IMG/VR virus record: IMGVR_UViG_3300035208_004867
DNA: 64,000 nucleotides
DNA from: an uncultured virus (IMG/VR IMGVR_UViG_3300035208_004867)
Taxonomy: Duplodnaviria; Heunggongvirae; Uroviricota; Caudoviricetes
Reading direction: 5' to 3' (one strand)
How positions within the stretch are numbered: position 1 is the stretch's first letter; each line of letters starts with the position of its first letter. The notes below the pieces were generated by a model. It had not been told where the DNA came from and made no database searches. It saw only the letters and a list, made by a program, of their open reading frames with translations. The position numbers and the translations under genes are program-made. Shown here one piece after another: positions 30,967-38,829 of the stretch.

Positions 30967-31119
30967 AAATAATCCTTGCCCGTACGGGCTGGAAATATGC
31001 GGATAACCGGCAATACGGGTTATAGTAATTATAGTGGTTTATTAACATTTTACCTTACACCCTGTGAGGGGACAAGCACCGGAGTTTCCGGAGGCAGCAA
31101 GTCAAGACGGGGAATTTAT

Positions 31120-31255
31120 GGTTCTGTAGTTCAGTGGTAGAACGGGCGCATATTCTACGCCAGCGAGCCTCAATCGTAAATGATTTTTACGGTATTAGTA
31201 AAGGCCAATGTAGATTAATCATCTACAAGCGCAGGTTCAAATCCTGCCGGAACCT
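31120..31255 (+). ncRNA. tRNA-like RNA with a ~70-nt structured insert
   Basis: Acceptor GGTTCTG/CGGAACC, D-arm GTTC-AGTGGTA-GAAC, T-arm GCAGG-TTCAAAT-CCTGC; non-canonical anticodon arm. Confidence 0.8.
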
Positions 31256-31342
31256 TAACTCGAAGTAGCAACGAGTATAAAAAAACTTACGTCTCGTGCT
31301 GATATATGGCGTTGTCGGACGTTGGAAGTCCCGAAATAACTA

Positions 31343-31519
31343 AACATGTTTGGCTCGACAAAGAGAGCTGAGTGTCTGGAACAGACCTCCGTGGACAGAC
31401 TCGTAAATACTGCGTTATTGGTGAAAACCGGTAATGTAGCAAACAGTCTGGGTGAAGCGAAAATTAAAGTTGCCTGCCTTTAGGCTGGCGGTAGTTCACA
31501 CAGTCATTTTTAGTAGGCT
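31343..31519 (+). ncRNA. Orphan TnpB omega/reRNA scaffold plus putative guide
   Basis: 31466-31499 is 28/34 identical to the IS right end with structure-preserving changes and ends in GTAGTTCAC; no tnpB ORF in front. Confidence 0.8.
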
Positions 31520-31875
31520 ATTCAGCCTATAGCTACCATGTTCCGGCTGGGGCAAACGCCGCCGTCAGGGTGATAACTAAGCCTGAAAAAAAGGATAGGA
31601 CGGTAAAATATGAAGAAATCATACTTAGAAGAAATCAATTTTGTTTGTGCTGATTTTTCATGGAATAACGGAGAAGCGAAAAAAATTTTAATTCAGGAAC
31701 TGTTTCACCGGTTAAACATCGATATCACCAATTATGAATATGTATTCGGGATGGACTGGATATCAATATCTAAAGACAGAAAAATAATATCAGGATACAA
31801 TGAAAAATGTATCAATGCCAAAGAAATTACCGTAAATGACATGCTTACCGGAAATTATTGAAAGAGGAATATATA

Positions 31876-32763
31876 ATGGATAACGAAACGATTAAACAGA
31901 AACTTTTATCTCTTGAAATTCCTGCAAGTGATTTTACAGTTGTTCTTACCGGAAAATCAAATAAACGTGTGAACGGACTGTATAAACCGGATACAAAAGA
32001 AATTCTGATCCATAACAAGAATTTCACAACTGACAACGCAATGATGTATACGGCAATACATGAATTCACACATCATGTATGTACTGACCGTAAACTTGTA
32101 AAATCTGTAACCGGACATAGTACTGTCTTCTGGGCAATGTTTCACTCAATTGTAGATATTGCCGTACAAAAAGGCGTATACGTTGATCCGTTTACAACAG
32201 ATAACGAATTGCAGACAGAAGGGAACAAGGTTCTTGAAATAATCAAAGAACAGAATGAAACCATGCACAGACTGGGACTTGAATTTTATACTATGCAGTC
32301 TGTATGCACGGAAAAAGGTGCACGCATTGAAGATTTTATAGATCGCCATGCAAGAACGACAAAAAGAGCTGTAGTAACAGCAATAAAATCTCAGCTTGAA
32401 TTGTTCGACTTAAAAGATTTATCTCCACAGATGATAGATGCTATTGCCGGATGTTCTGAAGGGGAAAAAAGGGACGAAGCTGTTGCACGAGCAGAAGACG
32501 GACAGACTATAGATCAGATACGTGCTACTGTAAAACAAGGTAAAGATATAAATCCTTTTAAGGCTCCTGTAAGCGAACCAATGCAGAAAGAAGATCTGCT
32601 TGATAGTCTTGTAACCGAAAGGGCAAGAATACAAAAGACGATTGAACAGCTTACTATCCACATGCAGGAAGTTGATATTAATATAGCACAACTTAGAAAA
32701 GAGTTGCCGCATCTTGAGTTTGATCCTGATAGTGAAATAAATGAAGAACAAGAGGAGAAGTAA
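31876..32763 (+). CDS. SprT-like zinc metalloprotease domain protein
   Basis: TAIHEFTHH...GHSTVFW. Confidence 0.75.
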   Translation: MDNETIKQKLLSLEIPASDFTVVLTGKSNKRVNGLYKPDTKEILIHNKNFTTDNAMMYTAIHEFTHHVCTDRKLVKSVTGHSTVFWAMFHSIVDIAVQKGVYVDPFTTDNELQTEGNKVLEIIKEQNETMHRLGLEFYTMQSVCTEKGARIEDFIDRHARTTKRAVVTAIKSQLELFDLKDLSPQMIDAIAGCSEGEKRDEAVARAEDGQTIDQIRATVKQGKDINPFKAPVSEPMQKEDLLDSLVTERARIQKTIEQLTIHMQEVDINIAQLRKELPHLEFDPDSEINEEQEEK

Positions 32764-33077
32764 TGACTCCTAAGAAAATTACCAGATATGATATTGTGGA
32801 AAATGTATATTACAAGACAAAAATAAGTAAAAAAGTTGTGAAACGGATTTTTGAATATTTAATAAAAGAGTTGATAGAAGCTCTTGAAAACGGATCAACA
32901 ATTGAAATCCGTGGATTCGGAACTTTTGAACAGTGTTTAAGAGATAGGAAGATGTCACACAATCCTCAGACAGGGGAAAAAATTGTCATGAGTCCGTATT
33001 ATAAAGTTAAATTTAAGCCAGGTATAGAACTGGACAGAGAAATGCGCAAGATAAAAACAGGAGAAAAAAATGACTGA
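32763..33077 (+). CDS. HU/IHF-family DNA-binding protein
   Basis: IEIRGFGTFE, NPQTGEKI, VKFKPG. Confidence 0.92.
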   Translation: MTPKKITRYDIVENVYYKTKISKKVVKRIFEYLIKELIEALENGSTIEIRGFGTFEQCLRDRKMSHNPQTGEKIVMSPYYKVKFKPGIELDREMRKIKTGEKND

Positions 33078-33486
33078 TGTTAACAGGTGGGTTGGAATAG
33101 GAAGACTTACAAGGGATGCAGACTTGACGTTTACGAAAGAAAGCAATATGGCTATCGGGAAAATATCTATTGCTGTAAACAGGAGTGTAAAGCACGGAGA
33201 AGAATGGGCTGATGAAGTAAGTTACTTTGACGTGACGATATTCGGGAAAACAGCAGAGAGTCTTAAACCGTACCTTTTAAAAGGTCAGCAGGTTGCCATA
33301 GACGGACATTTGCAGCAGGACAGATGGCAGAAGGACGGACAGAATTACAGCAAAGTAGTTATTATATGTGAAACAATCCAGCTTCTGGGTGGTAAGAAAA
33401 ATGATTCAGGAGATACGAATCAGACACCTAAATTTGTACCAAAACAAACCGATAACGGGCAGTTCCCTGAAGATATACCTTTTTAG
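33070..33486 (+). CDS. ssb: Single-stranded DNA-binding protein
   Basis: GRLTRD OB fold, C-terminal EDIPF. Confidence 0.96.
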   Translation: MTDVNRWVGIGRLTRDADLTFTKESNMAIGKISIAVNRSVKHGEEWADEVSYFDVTIFGKTAESLKPYLLKGQQVAIDGHLQQDRWQKDGQNYSKVVIICETIQLLGGKKNDSGDTNQTPKFVPKQTDNGQFPEDIPF

Positions 33487-33836
33487 AAGTTTATACGGAA
33501 CCGTATAAAATATGTTATGCGGACGTTTAGCGGCATAACTGCGTTACGCCGACAACGCACCAAGTTTTTGACACAGATTATAGGATGAAGAAAATGGACG
33601 AATTATTGTTACAAGAAATTTTTTCATTGCGTGAAAAAGTTAAAATATTAGCACGTCTTCTTGCAAAATATGAGCCTGAACTCGAATTGAGTGGACTGAT
33701 ACATGACGTTGGAACAGAGGACGCGTGTTGATTCTTTGAAGGTGCCAAAAACACCGAACAAGCTAATCAACCTATCTCGGAACAATAGTTTTCCGCAGAT
33801 TAAATCATAGCCGATTACGCACCAAGGAGGTGCACG

Positions 33837-34070
33837 ATGAACACATTGGAAATGCTTAAAATATGGCAGATAAATTGCCCTGCTTGTAAAGGTGAACTTA
33901 AAATAAAAGCAGAATTGCATGATTCACAACACAAAAGGCCGGATGGATGTATCGAGGAACGCACAACGATTACACCTGTATTTGAGTGTAAAAATTGTCA
34001 TCGTGAATATGTCCCGTCAATAACGTTGAATGAACGGATAAAGAACATTAAAATAAAATGCACATTATAA
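33837..34070 (+). CDS. Small zinc-ribbon protein
   Basis: CPAC..CKNC; AAGGAGG RBS. Confidence 0.7.
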   Translation: MNTLEMLKIWQINCPACKGELKIKAELHDSQHKRPDGCIEERTTITPVFECKNCHREYVPSITLNERIKNIKIKCTL

Positions 34071-34226
34071 AGCGCTGACAGGTGCAAGTTAAAAACTGCG
34101 TTCGTGTGAATTCTTTGAAGAAGACATAAACACCGGACAACCTATTCAATCCGATAAATCTTAATATCCTATTATGGTGTTGACAAAATGATAAACATGC
34201 ATTATATTTCTAACTATGGAGGATTT

Positions 34227-34700
34227 ATGGTGAAAGACAAAATATCGCTTGATGATGGGGCTGATTCATTAAAAGAGTTGATACGAGACGACGAAACGTA
34301 TGAGTCTATTATACGAGGCAAATGCAGTAAGTGCGGAGAGCCGTATGCGCTCATAACCGGATCAACAAAAACTTGCCGTAAAGACGGCCGCCGATATGCT
34401 CAAATTAACTGTAATACAATCGGCTGGTGTGCATTCAGATGCCACAAATGCGAAGAGGTTATTGAGGATACGTGGGTTTCTGTTGAAACTACATCAATTG
34501 CTATGCTTATGAAGACAAAAGAAAACACTTCATGGGAAGAATGGTACAAGGCTTTATTGTCATATGCTGATGGACTCGGTAAAAACTGGGAAAGAAGTCT
34601 TGTGATTAATTGCGGAGAAAAATGTTGGCGCGAGGCGTACGATTGCGACAAAGATGTAAAGGCCGCGTTTGAAGATGAACTCACCGAGCAATGCAGATAA
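34227..34700 (+). CDS. Zinc-finger hypothetical protein
   Basis: CSKC, CHKC; GGAGG RBS. Confidence 0.65.
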   Translation: MVKDKISLDDGADSLKELIRDDETYESIIRGKCSKCGEPYALITGSTKTCRKDGRRYAQINCNTIGWCAFRCHKCEEVIEDTWVSVETTSIAMLMKTKENTSWEEWYKALLSYADGLGKNWERSLVINCGEKCWREAYDCDKDVKAAFEDELTEQCR

Positions 34701-34792
34701 ACCAATCGTGCAGGTTAAGCAAATGTTAGGACGACGCGCAGCCGCATATCGGCTGCGCCAATACGCGGACAATCCGCGAAGGGAGAAAGTGA

Positions 34793-35023
34793 ATGAATAA
34801 AACAAATTGCTCTGGATGCTACAACAATATTTACAATGGGAACAATTCGCACGGTGTCAAGGAATGCTGGAGTCTCAAAATCGCTAAGATGGTTTGGCGC
34901 GTTCGCGTCGGGAACTTTGAGGAGCCAAAATACTACAAAGGCCGTAAGGCCATACGCGTTCCAGACTGCTATCGGACAGGATCATGCGGGGATAAGTTTC
35001 TTGATCCGTCATGTGCAAAATAA
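34793..35023 (+). CDS. Cys-rich cassette-borne protein
   Basis: Single ORF between GTTAGGA (34725) and TCCTAAC (35028). Confidence 0.7.
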   Translation: MNKTNCSGCYNNIYNGNNSHGVKECWSLKIAKMVWRVRVGNFEEPKYYKGRKAIRVPDCYRTGSCGDKFLDPSCAK

Positions 35024-35027
35024 AAGT

Positions 35028-35077
35028 TCCTAACAACGGTTTCGACTGGACTAAAGCCAGTCAAACCAATGTTATGC
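35028..35077 (+). other. Integron attC site
   Basis: R'' TCCTAAC-5-L'' TTTCGACT ... L' AGTCAAA-5-R' GTTATGC, with one extrahelical base. Confidence 0.85.
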
Positions 35078-35149
35078 GGACGTTTTAGCGGCATACCGCG
35101 CAAACGCACTATGCCGACACCAATTAGAGCTGTTTTAGGAGACAATACG

Positions 35150-35404
35150 ATGGAAAATGATCTAAAATTCGCAAATTTATTAAAGATAAAATGCCCTGTA
35201 TGTGGTAACGAAATGCGTTATGTTGAATTCAAAGAGGATATCATAAAAGATATTGACATGACGGGGCACGGAATAGATTTTCGTGATATACGACAGTTTA
35301 TACCAACTACAGAAGCAACACTCATATGCCCGGCAGACGGATGCGAAATAAGACTTAAATGTAAAGATGGAGAATTGACAGCATTAACAAATATAAACCA
35401 ATGA
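35150..35404 (+). CDS. Small zinc-ribbon protein
   Basis: CPVC..CPADGC; AGGAG RBS. Confidence 0.65.
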   Translation: MENDLKFANLLKIKCPVCGNEMRYVEFKEDIIKDIDMTGHGIDFRDIRQFIPTTEATLICPADGCEIRLKCKDGELTALTNINQ

Positions 35405-35414
35405 AGAGGTAAAT

Positions 35415-35789
35415 ATGAATCTGGAAGAAAAACAGGACGAAGCGTATAAAAAGGCAATCATTGTCTATCTTAATAACCGCGTAAAAACTGACGAGTATCT
35501 GCTTGCAGCTTGCGAAAAGGAAAACAAGACGCTTAACGGAGTAATCGCCTACATAAAATCAGAAGCACGTAAACAGGCAAAGGACGGCGTAGCGTGTATT
35601 CCCGACGATACCGTGTATGATTGGGCAGTGCATTACATTCTTGAAGACGGTATCGATTTTGAAAAAAAGTCTGCAAAGGAAGCAGAAGATAAGCAGGAAG
35701 AAATCGAAGCGCCCGCAATAGAACGCAAAGAATATAAAAAACAGAAAAAGCCCGCTGAAACCATTTGCAGCCAGCTCGATTTGTTTTGA
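35415..35789 (+). CDS. PcfK-like protein (AcrIIA9-related family)
   Basis: KTLNGVIAYIKSEARKQ..GVACIPDDTVYDWAVHY...QLDLF; adjacent to PcfJ. Confidence 0.8.
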   Translation: MNLEEKQDEAYKKAIIVYLNNRVKTDEYLLAACEKENKTLNGVIAYIKSEARKQAKDGVACIPDDTVYDWAVHYILEDGIDFEKKSAKEAEDKQEEIEAPAIERKEYKKQKKPAETICSQLDLF

Positions 35790-35800
35790 GAGGTACAAAC

Positions 35801-37156
35801 ATGAATAGCACAGAATTTCTTGATTTTGTTAATCAGAACATGAGAAATATTAATAATATTGAAGATGAATTGTATTACCGTTATAATAAATGCAGTTTCA
35901 GAAAGCGGCAGGAATTTTCGGTTATTGACAAGGACTCTGACGGCTCATTATATGAACGCATTTTTTCTTGCATTGATTACAAACGGGATGGATTTAAATT
36001 TCAAGAAATAATGGCAATATCTGAAAAACATTTGCCGCTTTCACGTAACTGTTTCTACACTTATTACGGATTTCAAAACGGGCTTCATGTATACGGATTC
36101 CGTGGGGAAAATTACCGCGGTTCAAGTAGTGGTTACGGTTATATCGATCCTGTGGAATACTGCGACTTTATGGAAGAGTCAGACATTGAAGCAAAAAAAG
36201 TATACAGCATAGATATGTTCACTATTGATGACATTATTACGCTCGATTCGTCATTGAAATATTGTGCATATCATGAGAATTTCGACATTCGGGCCGCCGA
36301 ATATATACGGCTTTATCGTTTGTATCCGATTGCAGAAATGCTCATGAAACTCAATCTCACACAGATGATAACAGAAAAAGCGCTTGCAATTATTACGGGA
36401 AACAGGCAGTTGCAGAAATGGATTTATCATAACTCTACGGAATTAAAAAGGATAGCTTTTGCAACCGCATACAACGCATACAAGAAAAAAGCAAACCCGA
36501 AGAAATACGCAAAAGCTATTTCAGAACGCGCAAAAATCGGACGAACATTATCTTTCAGTGACAAGACGTTGTATAAAAAATTGTTACGGTATACAACGAG
36601 AGAAGCAGTGTATAAATACATTACGACAAAGAAAAATGTTAATTCCGCGTCATACTGTGATTATCTGAAAGCTGCAGACTGGCTGAAACTTGATTTCTCG
36701 AACACAAAAGTTCTGTTTCCTCGCTGTTTCAAAAAAGTTCACGATGATTATACCAAACAATATTCTGCGCATCTTAATGAAGCGTTAAACGAAAAAATGG
36801 CGGCCGTAGCTGATATGTATTCTTTTTTGGAATGGACAGACGGGACATACAGGACAATATGTGCCAGGACGAAACAGGAATTAATAGACGAAGGAAGCGC
36901 TTTAGATCACTGTGTGGGATGCATGGGCTACGATAAAAAACAGGCCGAAGGAAAAAGCGTGATTGTGTTTCTGAGGCAATGCAGCAACACAACTAATCCC
37001 TACGTTACTGTTGAAGTAAAAATCACCGGAAGGCCGGATGTACAACAGTGTTACGGCTTAAAAGATAGAAAAGTACCGGAAGTAGACGATTTTGTAAAAC
37101 GATGGATGAAACACACATGTGCTGCATATAACAAATCTAAGAAAAAGGTTGCATAA
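35801..37156 (+). CDS. PcfJ-like protein
   Basis: Y.DYL...LFP..FK..HD, ELIDEG.ALDHCVG, PYVTVEV, QCYG. Confidence 0.88.
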   Translation: MNSTEFLDFVNQNMRNINNIEDELYYRYNKCSFRKRQEFSVIDKDSDGSLYERIFSCIDYKRDGFKFQEIMAISEKHLPLSRNCFYTYYGFQNGLHVYGFRGENYRGSSSGYGYIDPVEYCDFMEESDIEAKKVYSIDMFTIDDIITLDSSLKYCAYHENFDIRAAEYIRLYRLYPIAEMLMKLNLTQMITEKALAIITGNRQLQKWIYHNSTELKRIAFATAYNAYKKKANPKKYAKAISERAKIGRTLSFSDKTLYKKLLRYTTREAVYKYITTKKNVNSASYCDYLKAADWLKLDFSNTKVLFPRCFKKVHDDYTKQYSAHLNEALNEKMAAVADMYSFLEWTDGTYRTICARTKQELIDEGSALDHCVGCMGYDKKQAEGKSVIVFLRQCSNTTNPYVTVEVKITGRPDVQQCYGLKDRKVPEVDDFVKRWMKHTCAAYNKSKKKVA

Positions 37157-37234
37157 GATAGAGAGTTGACGAACTTTCTAAAATGCATGTCTGGTCTTAT
37201 TGGAAAACTGAGTAAACATTGGATTTTTTTGTAC

Positions 37235-37289
37235 TTGAAATCATTATAAAAAACATGTATCCTGTAATTGTTATATAACAGTTGCAGGA
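37235..37289 (+). promoter_or_regulatory. Portal promoter and 30-bp inverted repeat overlapping the RBS
   Basis: TTGAAA-17-TATCCT; TCCTGTAATTGTTATATAACAGTTGCAGGA. Confidence 0.6.
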
Positions 37290-37296
37290 CATATAA

Positions 37297-38829
37297 ATGC
37301 CAAAAATAAGTCAGCAGGAAATATTATCATATCTCCAGAAAAGCAGGGTAATAAAAGAAAACACCCTTATCGGAGCAGAAACAGGTTCACCGGGATATAC
37401 AGTTCCGGGAGCTGATCCAGTAAAGTCTGTAACACTTAATCCGCTGAGCAGGTTGAACGGTTTCCGCGGCAAGACTATAATTCAGCCGAACAAAATAGTT
37501 GATTACAGAGTGTTGCGACGTCTTTCTGAAGAAGCATGGCTGGTGAATACACTTGTTATTCATCTTCAGGATCAGGTACGCCCATTTTTGAAACTTTCAA
37601 CTGACGAAAATACCAGAGGTTTTAAAATCCGTCTCAAAGATTCGGATAAGCCTGTTTCAGGTTCAACTGCCGATTATGTAAAAACGCTTACAAAATTCTT
37701 TCTGAATACAGGTTTCGGGCCGGATGCTGAAAGACAGGATGATTTAGTCCATTTCTGCATGAAAGTTGTGCGGGATTATCTTACAATAGACCAGATATCA
37801 ACAGAATTACAGAGGACAGTAGGTAAAGACGTATTTGCATTCTGGGATATAGACCCGGCTACAATATCAAGGGTAACGGAAGAGGGATACAACGGAGATG
37901 ATTCTATCCGTTTCATTCAGGAAATTAACCAGATACCAACTGCATATTATACGATAGATGATCTTATTTTCGATTATGGGAATCCCCGTTCTGACATTGA
38001 ATACTGCGGATACGGTTATTCCCGTGTAGAGAGTGCATTACGGCTTATTATTGCACAGATTAATACGTTCTCGTATCAGGCAAGCGCACTTACAGAAGAT
38101 AATCTTCCGCGCGGTATGCTTATGCTTAATGGTGACGCCGATCTTCAGGACGTTGAAGAGATAGAAGATTACATAATAGACGTTATGAGCGGCGGTCCGA
38201 TGTCCAAATGGAAAATACCGATTATACCGTCCGGGACAGATGCAGAAGGTAAATCAAATTCTGTCCAGTGGGTAAATTTCAGGAATACAAACCGTGAGAT
38301 GGAATACACGGAATGGACTCACATGCTGTGGTCAGCTGTTGCTGCGTTATTCGGGACAGACCTTGAAGAAATAGGTATAAAGACAAACAGTTCTACTCCT
38401 CTTTTAGGGGATAATACAGATCCTCGTACACAGGAAACTAAGTCAAGGCTGCTTTCTACGATTCTTGGATTTCTGGAAGGTCATTTACAGAAAATTCTTG
38501 ATAAAGTGGACGACAGGTTTGACTTTGAGTTTGTCGGTTATGAACGGAAGGATGAAAAGAAAGAAGCTGATCTGCTTTCTGCTCAGCTCAGCACTTATAC
38601 AAGCATTGACGATATCCGTAAATCTAAAGGACTCGAACCTTATAACAAACCTTGGTCACAGATGCCGTTAAGCCAGTATACGGTGCAGATGGAAACAGCC
38701 GCGCAGCAGCAGTCTGCTATGCAGTCTTTTCAGGGAGCATCGGAAACTCAGAATGGCGAATCACCGGATGAAAATAACGAAGTCGGAAAATCTATAAAGG
38801 ATGAAGATACGATAGAGATAATTGTATAA
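37297..38829 (+). CDS. Portal protein
   Basis: RDYLTIDQ, IDPATI, NPRSDI...GYGYS.VE, PRGML, REMEY.EW. Confidence 0.9.
   Translation: MPKISQQEILSYLQKSRVIKENTLIGAETGSPGYTVPGADPVKSVTLNPLSRLNGFRGKTIIQPNKIVDYRVLRRLSEEAWLVNTLVIHLQDQVRPFLKLSTDENTRGFKIRLKDSDKPVSGSTADYVKTLTKFFLNTGFGPDAERQDDLVHFCMKVVRDYLTIDQISTELQRTVGKDVFAFWDIDPATISRVTEEGYNGDDSIRFIQEINQIPTAYYTIDDLIFDYGNPRSDIEYCGYGYSRVESALRLIIAQINTFSYQASALTEDNLPRGMLMLNGDADLQDVEEIEDYIIDVMSGGPMSKWKIPIIPSGTDAEGKSNSVQWVNFRNTNREMEYTEWTHMLWSAVAALFGTDLEEIGIKTNSSTPLLGDNTDPRTQETKSRLLSTILGFLEGHLQKILDKVDDRFDFEFVGYERKDEKKEADLLSAQLSTYTSIDDIRKSKGLEPYNKPWSQMPLSQYTVQMETAAQQQSAMQSFQGASETQNGESPDENNEVGKSIKDEDTIEIIV

Larger units (their letters stand above)
33491..35077 (+). 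mobile_element. Decayed integron gene-cassette array (CALIN-like)
   Basis: One full attC and several half attC sites flanking small ORFs. Confidence 0.65.

Noticed and set aside
31145..31161. tRNA-like RNA as an amber suppressor, or genome-wide TAG recoding
   Set aside because: CTA sits at the loop edge, not the anticodon position, and many intact genes (8881, 10664, 33486) end normally in TAG.
31120..31255. tmRNA or intron-containing tRNA
   Set aside because: It has a full D-arm, no tag reading frame, and an insert too short for a self-splicing intron and outside the anticodon loop.
33060..33085. 11-nt match of the orphan guide to the ssb start (minus strand), and a 12/14 match at ~60913
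   Set aside because: Short AT-rich matches with seed mismatches and no adjacent TTAA; compatible with chance.
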